IMG/VR virus record: IMGVR_UViG_3300005937_000016
Coordinates: 2,425 to 66,424 of that record
Reading direction: 5' to 3' (one strand)
DNA length: 64,000 nucleotides
Origin: a virus
Lineage: Duplodnaviria > Caudoviricetes
In this document: piece after piece, positions 23,906-32,938 of the stretch
Layout of the letters: the number at the start of each line of letters is the position of its first letter
Position numbering within the stretch: position 1 is the first letter of the stretch
Made by a program: the position numbers and the translations under genes
The notes under the pieces: generated by a model
Told to the model about the DNA's origin: nothing
The model's input: only the letters and a program-made list of their open reading frames with translations
Databases searched by the model: none

Positions 23906-24406
23906 CTACGCCTCCGTGTGTACATGAGGACCTATGCAGACCTCGTCTTGCGTACACACAAACGCGTAGGTGTGTCCACCCGGAAAAAACACCACGCGCC
24001 CACCCGCCAGTACCCGGCAGTGCCCTTCCTCGCCACTGACGAGGTGGTAGGCATGCCGCAGCCGGGGCTGCAGCGCGGCGCGGCGGGCCGACCGCACCAA
24101 CAACACCGCAAACCCATGCTTACAGAGGGCCTGGTGCCGCTCGAAATCCGGGCAGGTACACGTCGTCGTGCCGTTCGACACCACCGTGTACTGCCGCCAC
24201 GGTTGCCCCTGGCTGCGTACCGTGTAGGTGTGCGGCGCCAGCAGCGTCGTATCGCTCACGGCGTCTTGCAGGACCAGGGAAAGGCCGCGCTCAATCTTCG
24301 TGGTCTCCGCCGGAAACGCCGCCTTGGCCCGCTGTACCGCGGCGGTTAAGGCCGGCAGCATGGCCGGATGCAGCTGGTTCGTCGTCTGCGTCTGTGCTAC
24401 ACTCAT
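23906..24406 (-). CDS. SWIM zinc-finger protein
   Basis: YTVRSQ...YTV....CTCPDF....CKH. Confidence 0.8.
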   Translation of the reverse strand: MSVAQTQTTNQLHPAMLPALTAAVQRAKAAFPAETTKIERGLSLVLQDAVSDTTLLAPHTYTVRSQGQPWRQYTVVSNGTTTCTCPDFERHQALCKHGFAVLLVRSARRAALQPRLRHAYHLVSGEEGHCRVLAGGRVVFFPGGHTYAFVCTQDEVCIGPHVHTEA

Positions 24407-24489
24407 GACGGTCTCCTTCATTACGTAGGGGGGAGAGACGGGGCGGCGTGTCGAGCTTTCTCAGGGCCTGGACACGCCGCCTGTGTGTT

Positions 24490-24699
24490 TTAGTAGAGGC
24501 CGATCAGTTCCCGCCGCGTGCTTTCCCGGAAGGCACCGATTTCTCGGTTGTTCTGTTGCAGCACGAGAATGATGTCCATGTCACGCGCCAGTCGTACGCC
24601 TTTACACACTTGCTTGCCACTCTTGAGCGTATAGGCGATATATTTCAGCCCTGTCGCCTCTACCGCCCAGTCGCGTCCCGCTACCGTGATTGTCTTCAT
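24490..24699 (-). CDS. Small hypothetical protein
   Basis: RBS AGGAG; downstream of a consensus promoter. Confidence 0.55.
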   Translation of the reverse strand: MKTITVAGRDWAVEATGLKYIAYTLKSGKQVCKGVRLARDMDIILVLQQNNREIGAFRESTRRELIGLY

Positions 24700-24755
24700 C
24701 TTCGTCTCTCCTCTGTGGGTGTCTGTGGGTGTCTCGCTGTCTCTATCTGCAAGAG

Positions 24756-24820
24756 AGTATACACTAGCGTGCATATGTCTGCAAGGGGATATTGACACAA
24801 AAAATACCTTCTGATATATT
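24756..24820. promoter_or_regulatory. Divergent sigma70-type promoters
   Basis: Minus strand TTGCAG-17-TATACT (24784-24756); plus strand TTGACA-17-TATATT (24792-24820). Confidence 0.75.
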
Positions 24821-24838
24821 TTTTTTCAGGAGGATCGT

Positions 24839-25078
24839 ATGCCGTTACCCCCCTTTGATATGGCGGGATTCGCCCAGCGGCTCCGCCACGCGCGGCAGGC
24901 CGCTGGCCTCACCCAGGTCGCCCTCGCTGCGGCGCTCGGCGCGCATCAGGGCTGGATTGCCCGCCTCGAAAAAGGCGACGCGACCCATATCCAGGCCGAT
25001 ACCCTCTGGCGCCTCTGCGTTGCCCTGCACGTGTCCGCCGATTTCTTGCTTGGCCTTTGCCAAAAGGACGCACTATGA
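24839..25078 (+). CDS. XRE-family HTH regulator
   Basis: FAQRLRHARQAAGLTQ..LA......IARLEKG...VSADFLLG. Confidence 0.88.
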   Translation: MPLPPFDMAGFAQRLRHARQAAGLTQVALAAALGAHQGWIARLEKGDATHIQADTLWRLCVALHVSADFLLGLCQKDAL

Positions 25079-25287
25079 CTCATGCCCGTTTCCTGCTCTG
25101 CGCTAGCGCCCTCGTCGGCCTCCTGGGCGTGGCGCCTGTCCACGCCACCACCGGGGGCGATGCCATCGACGATCCCAGCGTCTGCGCCCCGTCGCCGCAG
25201 GCGAAGGATGCCTATGCCGCCAAAACCAGCCGCATCCTGCTGACCCGGGATACGCAGCCCCCACCCCTCTATGTGAGGAGCAAGTAA
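25075..25287 (+). CDS. Small secreted protein
   Basis: ATGA overlap; signal peptide ending VHA. Confidence 0.5.
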   Translation: MTHARFLLCASALVGLLGVAPVHATTGGDAIDDPSVCAPSPQAKDAYAAKTSRILLTRDTQPPPLYVRSK

Positions 25288-25613
25288 TGTTTCGCTGCGC
25301 CCAACTCCAACACGACGCTGAACTCTACGGCTGGGACGTGCTGTGGCACTGCGCCGGCGTGGCGGCTGACGCCCTCCTGGCCCGGCATGGCCTCGACGGC
25401 GAGGATGACCCGGAGGACTGACCCGTCACCACGCAGGCCCACGCAGATACGGCCTGCGTGGGCTGTTCTGTGCTATGGACTACTACTACTACTACTTATA
25501 TATATATATATATATATTAAAGTTCAATTAGAATTAATAACAGTTCTCCTGCCGCATTTTCTGCGTGACTTTCCACTCTTCATGTTTTACGTTACCAGTC
25601 GAGTGGTTGCCGG

Positions 25614-25991
25614 ATGCTTGTGCTGGTTGGCGCTGCCCCGCGTGCGTCTCCGGGCGTGGCAGACCGCTCCGGCTGTGCCTGCGAATACCTCGGCATCGCG
25701 GCTGGTTTTCACCAATATTGGCTTAAAGGCCAGTGGTATCACGAACGTACGATTCGGCGGTCATCGCAGTGGAGCAGTGTCAAAGGCGCGGATATTTCGC
25801 ACTGTCCCCGTCGTGTGCTTCCTGGCAAACATCGTTACCTGTGGCCGCTTGATGTCGCCATGCGCTCCCAACTACTGCCTCTCGCGCAACCATATCCCAA
25901 ACGCGCCGCAAGCATCCTAGCCGATGCGCCGACCGTCCAGGCCGGAGAGAGCGGGGCAGCACCGACTGCGGCGCTTACAGGCGCGACGTAA
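25614..25991 (+). pseudogene. 5'-truncated Mom-like DNA-modification gene remnant
   Basis: YWLKGQWYHERT and GKHRYLWPLD.AMRSQLLPLAQPYPKRA resemble C-termini of phage Mom-family proteins as I recall them; N-terminal catalytic part missing. Confidence 0.5.
25903..25979 (+). ncRNA. tRNA-like cloverleaf (anticodon TCC, Gly-like), non-canonical T arm
   Basis: Acceptor stem GCGCCGC/GCGGCGC; D stem GCATC/GATGC; anticodon arm CCGAC-CGTCCAG-GCCGG; T arm AGCGG/CCG(A)CT; ends TTACA rather than NCCA. Confidence 0.5.
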
Positions 25992-26018
25992 CCTCACAAC
26001 TTTGAGAACTTTCACCCT

Positions 26019-26441
26019 ATGCCTGATCACGAACACTATACGGCCAAACAAATGATTGACGCACTGAAGGAAACGCGTGGCATGATTTTTCTTGCGGCGC
26101 AGCGGTTAGGCTGTAGCCACTACACCATTCGCAACTATGCCAAGCGCTATCCCTCGGTCAAGGCGGCGTGTGAAGCAGAGCGTGGGCGTATGGTCGATCT
26201 CGCTGAGTTGAAACTGATGCAGTCTATTCAGAACGGTGAGCCCTGGGGCATCGCCTTTGCCCTGAAGACGATCGGCAAGGATCGCGGCTACGTCGAGCGC
26301 CACGAGCAGACCGGCAAGGACGGCGACGCGATCACCCTACGGGTCGTCTATGACCAGAGCCCGGCGCTGCCGGAGCTGCCCGCACCTCAGCCACGAGCCC
26401 TAGAGGAGGGCGTGAATGGCCACCGCCGTCGCCCCGCATGA
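26019..26441 (+). CDS. Terminase small subunit
   Basis: HTH N-terminus; F.LKT.GKDRGYVER.EQTGKDG motif; directly upstream of TerL. Confidence 0.75.
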   Translation: MPDHEHYTAKQMIDALKETRGMIFLAAQRLGCSHYTIRNYAKRYPSVKAACEAERGRMVDLAELKLMQSIQNGEPWGIAFALKTIGKDRGYVERHEQTGKDGDAITLRVVYDQSPALPELPAPQPRALEEGVNGHRRRPA

Positions 26442-27726
26442 GCGCGAATGCCTCATCCATCTGAAAGAGCCTCATCCTGAGCAGCTGCGCTTCTTACGCT
26501 CACCAGCGCCGCGGCGCGTCATTCGGGCAGGACGTCGAGGCGGGAAGACGACCGGATTAGCGATTTATGCCGTCGAGGAATTCCTCGCCGGGCATCGCGT
26601 GCTCTACGCGGTCCCCACGGCCGAGCAGGTCACGCGCTTCTGGTTTGAAGTCACAAATGCCTTGGCCGAGCCGATCGCGGTGGGCATCTTCCGCAAAAAT
26701 GAGACGTCCCACATTATCGACCTGCCCGGCACCGAACAACGCATTCGGGCCAAAACGGCCTGGAACGCCGATACGTTACGCGGCGACTTCGCGACCCGGC
26801 TCATTCTCGATGAGTGGCAACTCTGCTCTGAGGATGCCTGGGAACTCGTGGGTGCGCCGATGATGCTCGACCGCCCGAACAGCGTGGCGATTTTCTGCTA
26901 TACCCCGCCCTCCTGGCGCAGTGCAGGCGTCACGAAGGCCCATGACCCGCGCCATGCCGCGAAACTGTTTAAGCAGGCAGCGCTCGACCAGACTGGGCGC
27001 TGGGCGACCTTCCACTTCACCAGCCATGCCAACCCGTATCTCTCGACCTCTGCGTTGGAGGACATCACGCAAGATATGTCCGTGTTGGCGCATCGCCAGG
27101 AAATCCTTGCGGAGGACCTGGAAGAAGTTCCTGGGGCACTGTGGACGCAAGCCTTACTTGATCGGACTCGTGTGACGCAAGCCCCGCTCCCGCCGCTCGT
27201 GCGGGTCGCCGTCGCACTCGACCCTGCGGGTACCTCGCAGGAGACCAGTGACGAGATGGGCATTGTGGCCGGGGGCAAGAGTGCCGATGGCCATGGCTAT
27301 GTCCTGCGCGATGCCTCGCGCCGTGGCACGCCCGCCGCCTGTGCGCGCCAGGCCATTCTGCTGTACGATCAGCTCGAAGCCGATGTGCTGCTCGGCGAGA
27401 CCAACAATGGCGGTGAGTGGATTGGCACGGTGATCCAGTTTGTTGCGAACGAGATGTATCGGGCAGGCGAGCGGCCATCAGCGCACGTCAATTACCGTAT
27501 GGTGCATGCCAGCCGCAGTAAACAGACGCGGGCGGAGCCGGTAAGTGCAGAGTATGAGCAAGGCCGGTGTCATCATGTGGGCGTGTTTCCGGGCTTAGAG
27601 GACGAGATGTGCGGGTGGCTCCCCGGCATGCCGTCGCCCTCGCGGATGGACGCCGTGGTCTGGCTGTTTACGGAGTTACTGATGCAGGCGCCACGCAAAG
27701 CCACGACGATGGCCTTGCGGTTCTAG
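26416..27726 (+). CDS. terL: Terminase large subunit
   Basis: GRRGGKTT Walker A; LILDE Walker B; RVAVALDPAG, GETNNGG, K.TRAEP and SRMDA nuclease motifs. Confidence 0.95.
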   Translation: MATAVAPHERECLIHLKEPHPEQLRFLRSPAPRRVIRAGRRGGKTTGLAIYAVEEFLAGHRVLYAVPTAEQVTRFWFEVTNALAEPIAVGIFRKNETSHIIDLPGTEQRIRAKTAWNADTLRGDFATRLILDEWQLCSEDAWELVGAPMMLDRPNSVAIFCYTPPSWRSAGVTKAHDPRHAAKLFKQAALDQTGRWATFHFTSHANPYLSTSALEDITQDMSVLAHRQEILAEDLEEVPGALWTQALLDRTRVTQAPLPPLVRVAVALDPAGTSQETSDEMGIVAGGKSADGHGYVLRDASRRGTPAACARQAILLYDQLEADVLLGETNNGGEWIGTVIQFVANEMYRAGERPSAHVNYRMVHASRSKQTRAEPVSAEYEQGRCHHVGVFPGLEDEMCGWLPGMPSPSRMDAVVWLFTELLMQAPRKATTMALRF

Positions 27727-27735
27727 GAGCTCTCT

Positions 27736-29304
27736 ATGTCGGTCTCGACCGTCCATCCGGCCTATGCCGCTATGGTCAACTCGTGGGCCATCCTGAGGGA
27801 TGCGTACGCCGGCGCATCGGCCGTGAAGGGCGCCACCGCGCCGCGCCGCGCCAGTCGCGGCAGTACGGCCGCTGGCACGCGCTACCTCCCCCGGCCGCCC
27901 GGCATGCTGCTGGACGAGCAATACGACCTCTACCGCGATCGGGCCACCTTTGGCGATTTTACCGCCGTGGTGGTGAACGGCATGGGCGGGGCGATCTTCC
28001 GCCGTGAACCCGTGGTGGAAGCCCCTGAGATCCTCACGCCGCAGCTCGAAGACGTGACACAGACAGGCGTCCCCCTGCGTACCTTCGCGGAACAAGTGGT
28101 GCGCGAAACGTTACTGATGGGGCGCTTCGGCGTGCTCGTGGATTTCCCCCAGGCCGTGATCACCGAGACCGGGGTGACCGCACCGCCTGCGAACCCGCGG
28201 CCGTACTGGATTGCGTACCCGTGTGAAGAAATCCTGAACTGGCGCACCATGCAGCGTCAGGGCGATACGGTCTTGTCCCTGGTGGTACTCAAGGAATGTG
28301 TGCCGGTGCCGCAGGGCGTCTGGCCAAGCCCTGACTTCTTCATCGTGCAGGATCAGATCCAGTACCGTGTCTTGCGTCTGAACGAGTTCGGCCAGTATGA
28401 GGTCAGCCTGTGGGTCGAGCAACCGACCAGTCGTGCCCAGCGCCCCGCGGTGCCGACGCTGCTCGACGTCTGGATTCCCTTACGCGAAGGAACACCACTC
28501 GACTTTATCCCGTTTGTCTTCATGGCACCCTTTAGCCTGGAGCCCGCCGTGGAGAAATCCTTGATGGAAGGCCTGGTTGAGGTCAATTTTCGCTACTACC
28601 GGCACTCCGCGGATTACGAACAAGCGCTCTTCCTCACCGCCATGCCGACGCCCTATGTCTGCTCGACCAGTCTGGAGCCCCAGACGCAGCTGCTCATTGG
28701 CTCCTATGTGGCCTGGGTGATTCCGGATAGCACCGCCAAGGTGGGCCTGCTCCAACCTGATGCTGCTGGACTGCCCGCGCACCAGATCGCTATTGAGACT
28801 GATAAGCGGGACATGGCGGCGCTGGGCGCCCGGCTGCTGGAGAGTCCGGCGGAGGTGACGGAGACGCGCATTGCGGCGGCGAGTCGGACGCAGGGGGCCG
28901 AGAGCCCGATGCAGTCGCTGATTACCACGGTCAGTCAGGGCTTGACGCAGGCCTTACAAATCCATACGTGGTGGGCAGGCTATACGGATGATCCCGATGA
29001 TACGGCCGTGACGATGAGCCTGAACAAGGATATTGTGGCGAATACGATGCCGCCGCAGATGCTCACGGCGCTCATGCAAGCGCTGCTCAACAACGCGATT
29101 AGCTACGACACTTTCTGGTACAATCTCCAGAAGGGAGAGATCGCTCGTCCGATGGTGGACGCAGAGGAAGAACAAGATTTGATCGACCTGCGGCAGCAGC
29201 AGCAACCCCTCATCGCGCCCACACGTCAGCCGTTTGGGGGAGGGCCAGGACAACCCCCATCGCCGCCGCCGGGCCAGAATGGCGCGGCACGCACCGCCGC
29301 ATAA
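27736..29304 (+). CDS. Portal protein (DUF4055-type)
   Basis: Follows TerL; YLPRP...Y..YR.RA.F; LLMGRFGVLVDFP; YYRHSADYEQAL..TAMP. Confidence 0.9.
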   Translation: MSVSTVHPAYAAMVNSWAILRDAYAGASAVKGATAPRRASRGSTAAGTRYLPRPPGMLLDEQYDLYRDRATFGDFTAVVVNGMGGAIFRREPVVEAPEILTPQLEDVTQTGVPLRTFAEQVVRETLLMGRFGVLVDFPQAVITETGVTAPPANPRPYWIAYPCEEILNWRTMQRQGDTVLSLVVLKECVPVPQGVWPSPDFFIVQDQIQYRVLRLNEFGQYEVSLWVEQPTSRAQRPAVPTLLDVWIPLREGTPLDFIPFVFMAPFSLEPAVEKSLMEGLVEVNFRYYRHSADYEQALFLTAMPTPYVCSTSLEPQTQLLIGSYVAWVIPDSTAKVGLLQPDAAGLPAHQIAIETDKRDMAALGARLLESPAEVTETRIAAASRTQGAESPMQSLITTVSQGLTQALQIHTWWAGYTDDPDDTAVTMSLNKDIVANTMPPQMLTALMQALLNNAISYDTFWYNLQKGEIARPMVDAEEEQDLIDLRQQQQPLIAPTRQPFGGGPGQPPSPPPGQNGAARTAA

Positions 29305-29315
29305 GGAGTAAGGAG

Positions 29316-29513
29316 ATGGCGAAAAAAACCTCCTTCAAACGTGGGACGCGCGCCCAAAAAGCCCGCAGTAAAATTGCGGAACAGTTGAAACGGCGGGGCC
29401 ATCGTGCGAGCGGGAGCAAGAATGCCTTTGCCCTCGCCACGTACATTACGAAGCGGGCCGGGGCTGCCGGCCGGAAACGCCTCGCCAGCCGTGGCTTACG
29501 CAAGAGGAAATAA
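29316..29513 (+). CDS. Small highly basic protein
   Basis: RBS AAGGAG; very K/R-rich 65 aa. Confidence 0.6.
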   Translation: MAKKTSFKRGTRAQKARSKIAEQLKRRGHRASGSKNAFALATYITKRAGAAGRKRLASRGLRKRK

Positions 29514-29515
29514 CC

Positions 29516-29728
29516 ATGGCTGATCCCGCTGGTATCGAGGCGCTTCAGGAGCAGGCGCACCGCGAGGCCCTCCAGCAGACGCGGGAGCAGGGCCTGCGGC
29601 AGGCCCTGGGGCGGTATGATCTGACGCTGGATGTCACGACCATGCCGTACCGTGACGTGCTGGTGCGCATGCAAGATGTGTGTGGCGAGGAACTGGCGCG
29701 GCTGGATAACCCGGAGCCGGCGGCGTAA
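29516..29728 (+). CDS. Hypothetical protein
   Basis: RBS GAGGA. Confidence 0.5.
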   Translation: MADPAGIEALQEQAHREALQQTREQGLRQALGRYDLTLDVTTMPYRDVLVRMQDVCGEELARLDNPEPAA

Positions 29729-29823
29729 GCATCCTGCTGCTGGGGGTGAGTCTCGTGGTGGGCGTCGCGGTGCTGCTCAGTCTGGGGACGTCGCCGAGCC
29801 ATCCGCATGAAGGAGAATGACGT

Positions 29824-30231
29824 ATGGAACTGACGCGTTACGATGATCGGAACGAAGCCGTGTTGCGTGCCCTGCTCAGTGTGTTTGACGCCGAGGGCGG
29901 TTGGGAAACGCTGCCGTATGAAGATGTGCTGCGCCAGTTGCAGACGAAGCTCACGGAGGCCCTCCAGAACACCGAGCCCGTGACCGAGGCCAAGCCCGAG
30001 GCCAAGCCCGAGCCCCCGAGCCCGGAGGAAGAACAGGCCGCCCACGAGGCGCTCAGTCGCCTCGATCCGCGCCCCGAGGATCGCTACCTGGGGTACGGCG
30101 AGGTGCTGCGCCGGGATCTCGCGCTGGTGGACCGCGAGCTGTTTAAGTGGACGAGTAGCCTGGTGCAGCCGCCGGGGCCATCCGGCGAGATTGCCGTCGC
30201 GGAGTTTGACCCGGCCGGGCGTGAAGGCTAG
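29824..30231 (+). CDS. Hypothetical protein
   Basis: RBS AAGGAG; its N-terminus echoes the LPY.DVL.R.Q motif of the preceding ORF. Confidence 0.55.
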   Translation: MELTRYDDRNEAVLRALLSVFDAEGGWETLPYEDVLRQLQTKLTEALQNTEPVTEAKPEAKPEPPSPEEEQAAHEALSRLDPRPEDRYLGYGEVLRRDLALVDRELFKWTSSLVQPPGPSGEIAVAEFDPAGREG

Positions 30232-30295
30232 GACGCCTCATACGCGAAGGGTACTTTGCGTATGAGATGAGGAACGACGTAGGATTGCAGCGGTC

Positions 30296-30553
30296 ATGGT
30301 GCGTGAGAGCCGAAAAACTGATAACAAAAATCACCAGATACGCATGAAGCGTATCACGTCGGTACCCGTGAAGCCTCTCGAACTGGTCGCGCCTAAACTG
30401 ATGCGCTGGTTATATCATGAGATAGGGCAGGAGACCTCGTTACTCGTGCCGAACAACCATGATATTCGCTTAGAATCCACGCGGGAGTGGTGCGTGACGC
30501 ATCGGCCACAGGCGGTCTGCCCGTGTGGGCAGTACGTCATTACCTGGCGCTGA
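30296..30553 (+). CDS. Hypothetical protein
   Basis: ORF filling the gap before the head morphogenesis gene. Confidence 0.4.
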   Translation: MVRESRKTDNKNHQIRMKRITSVPVKPLELVAPKLMRWLYHEIGQETSLLVPNNHDIRLESTREWCVTHRPQAVCPCGQYVITWR

Positions 30554-30560
30554 GGGGCGT

Positions 30561-31607
30561 ATGGCAGAGACGGTGAACCAGCAGATTGCCGATCGTCTCG
30601 TGCGGCGCCACATCCAGGCCGCTCGTGTCGAGAGTGCCTTGCGCCAGCAGGTGCTCGAACGCCTCGCCATGCTGGAGCAGGACATCCTCGCGGCGATCAA
30701 GACGGCCGACCCCACGCAATATGCGCTGCTGTCCCGGCGGCGGCGGGAGGTCGAGAACCTCATGCAGGACGCGCTTGATCCGCTCATCCAGGCACGCTAT
30801 GCCCGGCTGGCGGCGCTGCTCGATACCGCGCTGCTCCGGCTGGCCCAGTCGGAAGCCGAGGCCGTGCAGACCATCCTGGCCGAGGAGACGGATGAGGACA
30901 AGGCGGGCATTGTGGTTCCCTCAGATCGACAGCTTCGGGCCGGGGTGACGCAGACCCTCTTTCCGTCCCCCGCCACGCCGACAACGGCGAGCGCCACCGG
31001 GGCGGATTGGTGGGGTCGCGCCGCCGAGAGCCTGACGCAACGCCTGCATGATACGCTGCTGGTCAGTGTGAGCCTGGAGGAATCGCTGACGCAGATGACC
31101 CAGCGGGTCCGGGGGACAGCAGATATGGGCTTCCAGGATGGCGTCATGGCCAGAGCGCGCCAGGATGCCACGCGGCTTCTGACGACCCAGAGCACGAACG
31201 CCCTAAGCGAAGCCCGCATGGCCGTCGGGGATCGCAATCCACAACGTTTGATCGCGGTCCACACCTCGACGCTGGACAGCAGGACATCCTATATTTGTTT
31301 GGCCCGTAATGGGTTGCGCTATACGTTGCCGGATCATGAACCGATCAACCATGACGTGCCCTATCTCAACGGACCGCCCTATCACCCCCATTGTAGGTCT
31401 ATTATGACCATAATAGTTGATAATGGTGGGCCGGTGGCACAGGAGACGACGGCGCAGTGGCTCCGGCGCCAGGGAGCAGCGGTCCAGGATGAAGTGCTGG
31501 GGCCGACGCGGGCGCAGCTCTTTCGCGATGGGCGACTGTCCAATCCGCGGGATCTCCTCGACGCGGCGACGGGGCGTCCGCTGACCTTAGAGGAGCTTGG
31601 CGTATGA
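30561..31607 (+). CDS. Minor head / head morphogenesis protein (Mu gpF / SPP1 gp7-like)
   Basis: STLDSRTSYIC..RNG...PPYHPHCRS motif. Confidence 0.88.
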   Translation: MAETVNQQIADRLVRRHIQAARVESALRQQVLERLAMLEQDILAAIKTADPTQYALLSRRRREVENLMQDALDPLIQARYARLAALLDTALLRLAQSEAEAVQTILAEETDEDKAGIVVPSDRQLRAGVTQTLFPSPATPTTASATGADWWGRAAESLTQRLHDTLLVSVSLEESLTQMTQRVRGTADMGFQDGVMARARQDATRLLTTQSTNALSEARMAVGDRNPQRLIAVHTSTLDSRTSYICLARNGLRYTLPDHEPINHDVPYLNGPPYHPHCRSIMTIIVDNGGPVAQETTAQWLRRQGAAVQDEVLGPTRAQLFRDGRLSNPRDLLDAATGRPLTLEELGV

Positions 31608-32931
31608 CACAACCAGCACGGCGCCGTGTCCGCGAGCCTGTCGAGATCGTGACCTCGATGTCCTGGGCGGAGATGCTCGCGCTGCTGGACTGGGCATGTC
31701 AGCAGGCGAGCGATGCGGCCGTTGCGCAGCATGACAGCGATCAGGTAGCTCTCTGGGGCCTGCGACGTGGGGCGGTGCAGGAGCTTGCGACGATGTTTGG
31801 CGGTGAGACCTTTGCGGAGGCCGTCGCGCCGGTCGAAGCCTGGGCGCGACGGACCTTGCAGCAGGCGGGCATGCCCTGGCCGTCCGCAGAGGAGGAGGCA
31901 TGACGCCCCCTACTGACGTGCAGTGCCAACTGACCATCCCACGCCCCCTCGCCGCCGGCTTCGCCACGCCGGCGGATGTGAAGGCGTACCTTCTGGAGCA
32001 CCACGTCTGGCCGCACCACGTGCAGATGGAGCGCTGGCGCCTGGATCCGGTGGGCTATGTCGTGGAGTTGACGCTGACCGTGCCGCATCCCCAGACGGCA
32101 CGCACAGGAGACACGCCATGAGGACACGGGTGCCCTGTCCGCTGCGGGCACAGGCAGGGGGGAAGTTGATCATGCTGCTGGGGCAGTTGCGGGCGTGGTT
32201 TCGCGTGGCGTATCCCCCGTATGATCAGGCGATTCGGGCGGTATTTGTGGAGCAGGTGCCGCGGCTGCCCTGGTGTGGCCATACCTATCATGTCGTCCTC
32301 CACTTGGATCCGGCGGCGGCGCTCCTGCGGCACCACCAGCGGCATCTTTCGGCCGCGTGGGTCGCCGCGGGCTGTGGGGAGGAGACCCTGCGGTTGCTCG
32401 TCTCCCAGCCCAGCGACGATGACCGGCGCTGGTTCACGCTGGCGGCGGGTTATGATCTCGATATGCCCCGTTTTGTCTTGGTCCCGAGGTGCCGACCGCG
32501 ACCACCAGGAGAGACGCCATGATCGTGCTTCGACGGGTGCCGTGGTGGCGGTATCAGTGCCGGCGCCCTGCGCTCTGGTGGCGGCACTGGCAACTGCTCC
32601 TGCATGGGCAACAGACCATGCGTCTGTCGACGGTCCTGCATTGTGCGCACGTCGCATGGCGGCTGACACGGTATATCCCTCTCCCACCGCCGGGAGACAC
32701 GCCATGAGCCTGAATCCTGCTATCTGGCATGGCTTAGAGCAGCACGGCCTCACGGAGGAGCATATGGCTATGCTGCTGGATGTGCTGGCCCTCCAGCGCA
32801 ACGGGAGTTTCTGCCTGAACTACGTGCATGGCCAGGTCGAACAGGCCGATGTCCGGCTCGTCGTGCCGAATCGCAGCCGCGAAACCGCGCGGGTCGCAAA
32901 GGCCCTGGTGGCGGCCGTGGGGCGGCGGTGA
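31604..32931 (+). other. Five translationally coupled small hypothetical genes (31604-31903, 31900-32121, 32118-32522, 32519-32707, 32704-32931)
   Basis: Each start overlaps the previous stop (ATGA) and has a GGAG RBS. Confidence 0.65.
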
Positions 32932-32938
32932 GGCGGGC

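Noticed and set aside
25903-25979. Functional tRNA-Gly gene
   Set aside because: It lacks the TTC T-loop and CCA end and has a mismatch in the anticodon stem, so it is reported only as tRNA-like.
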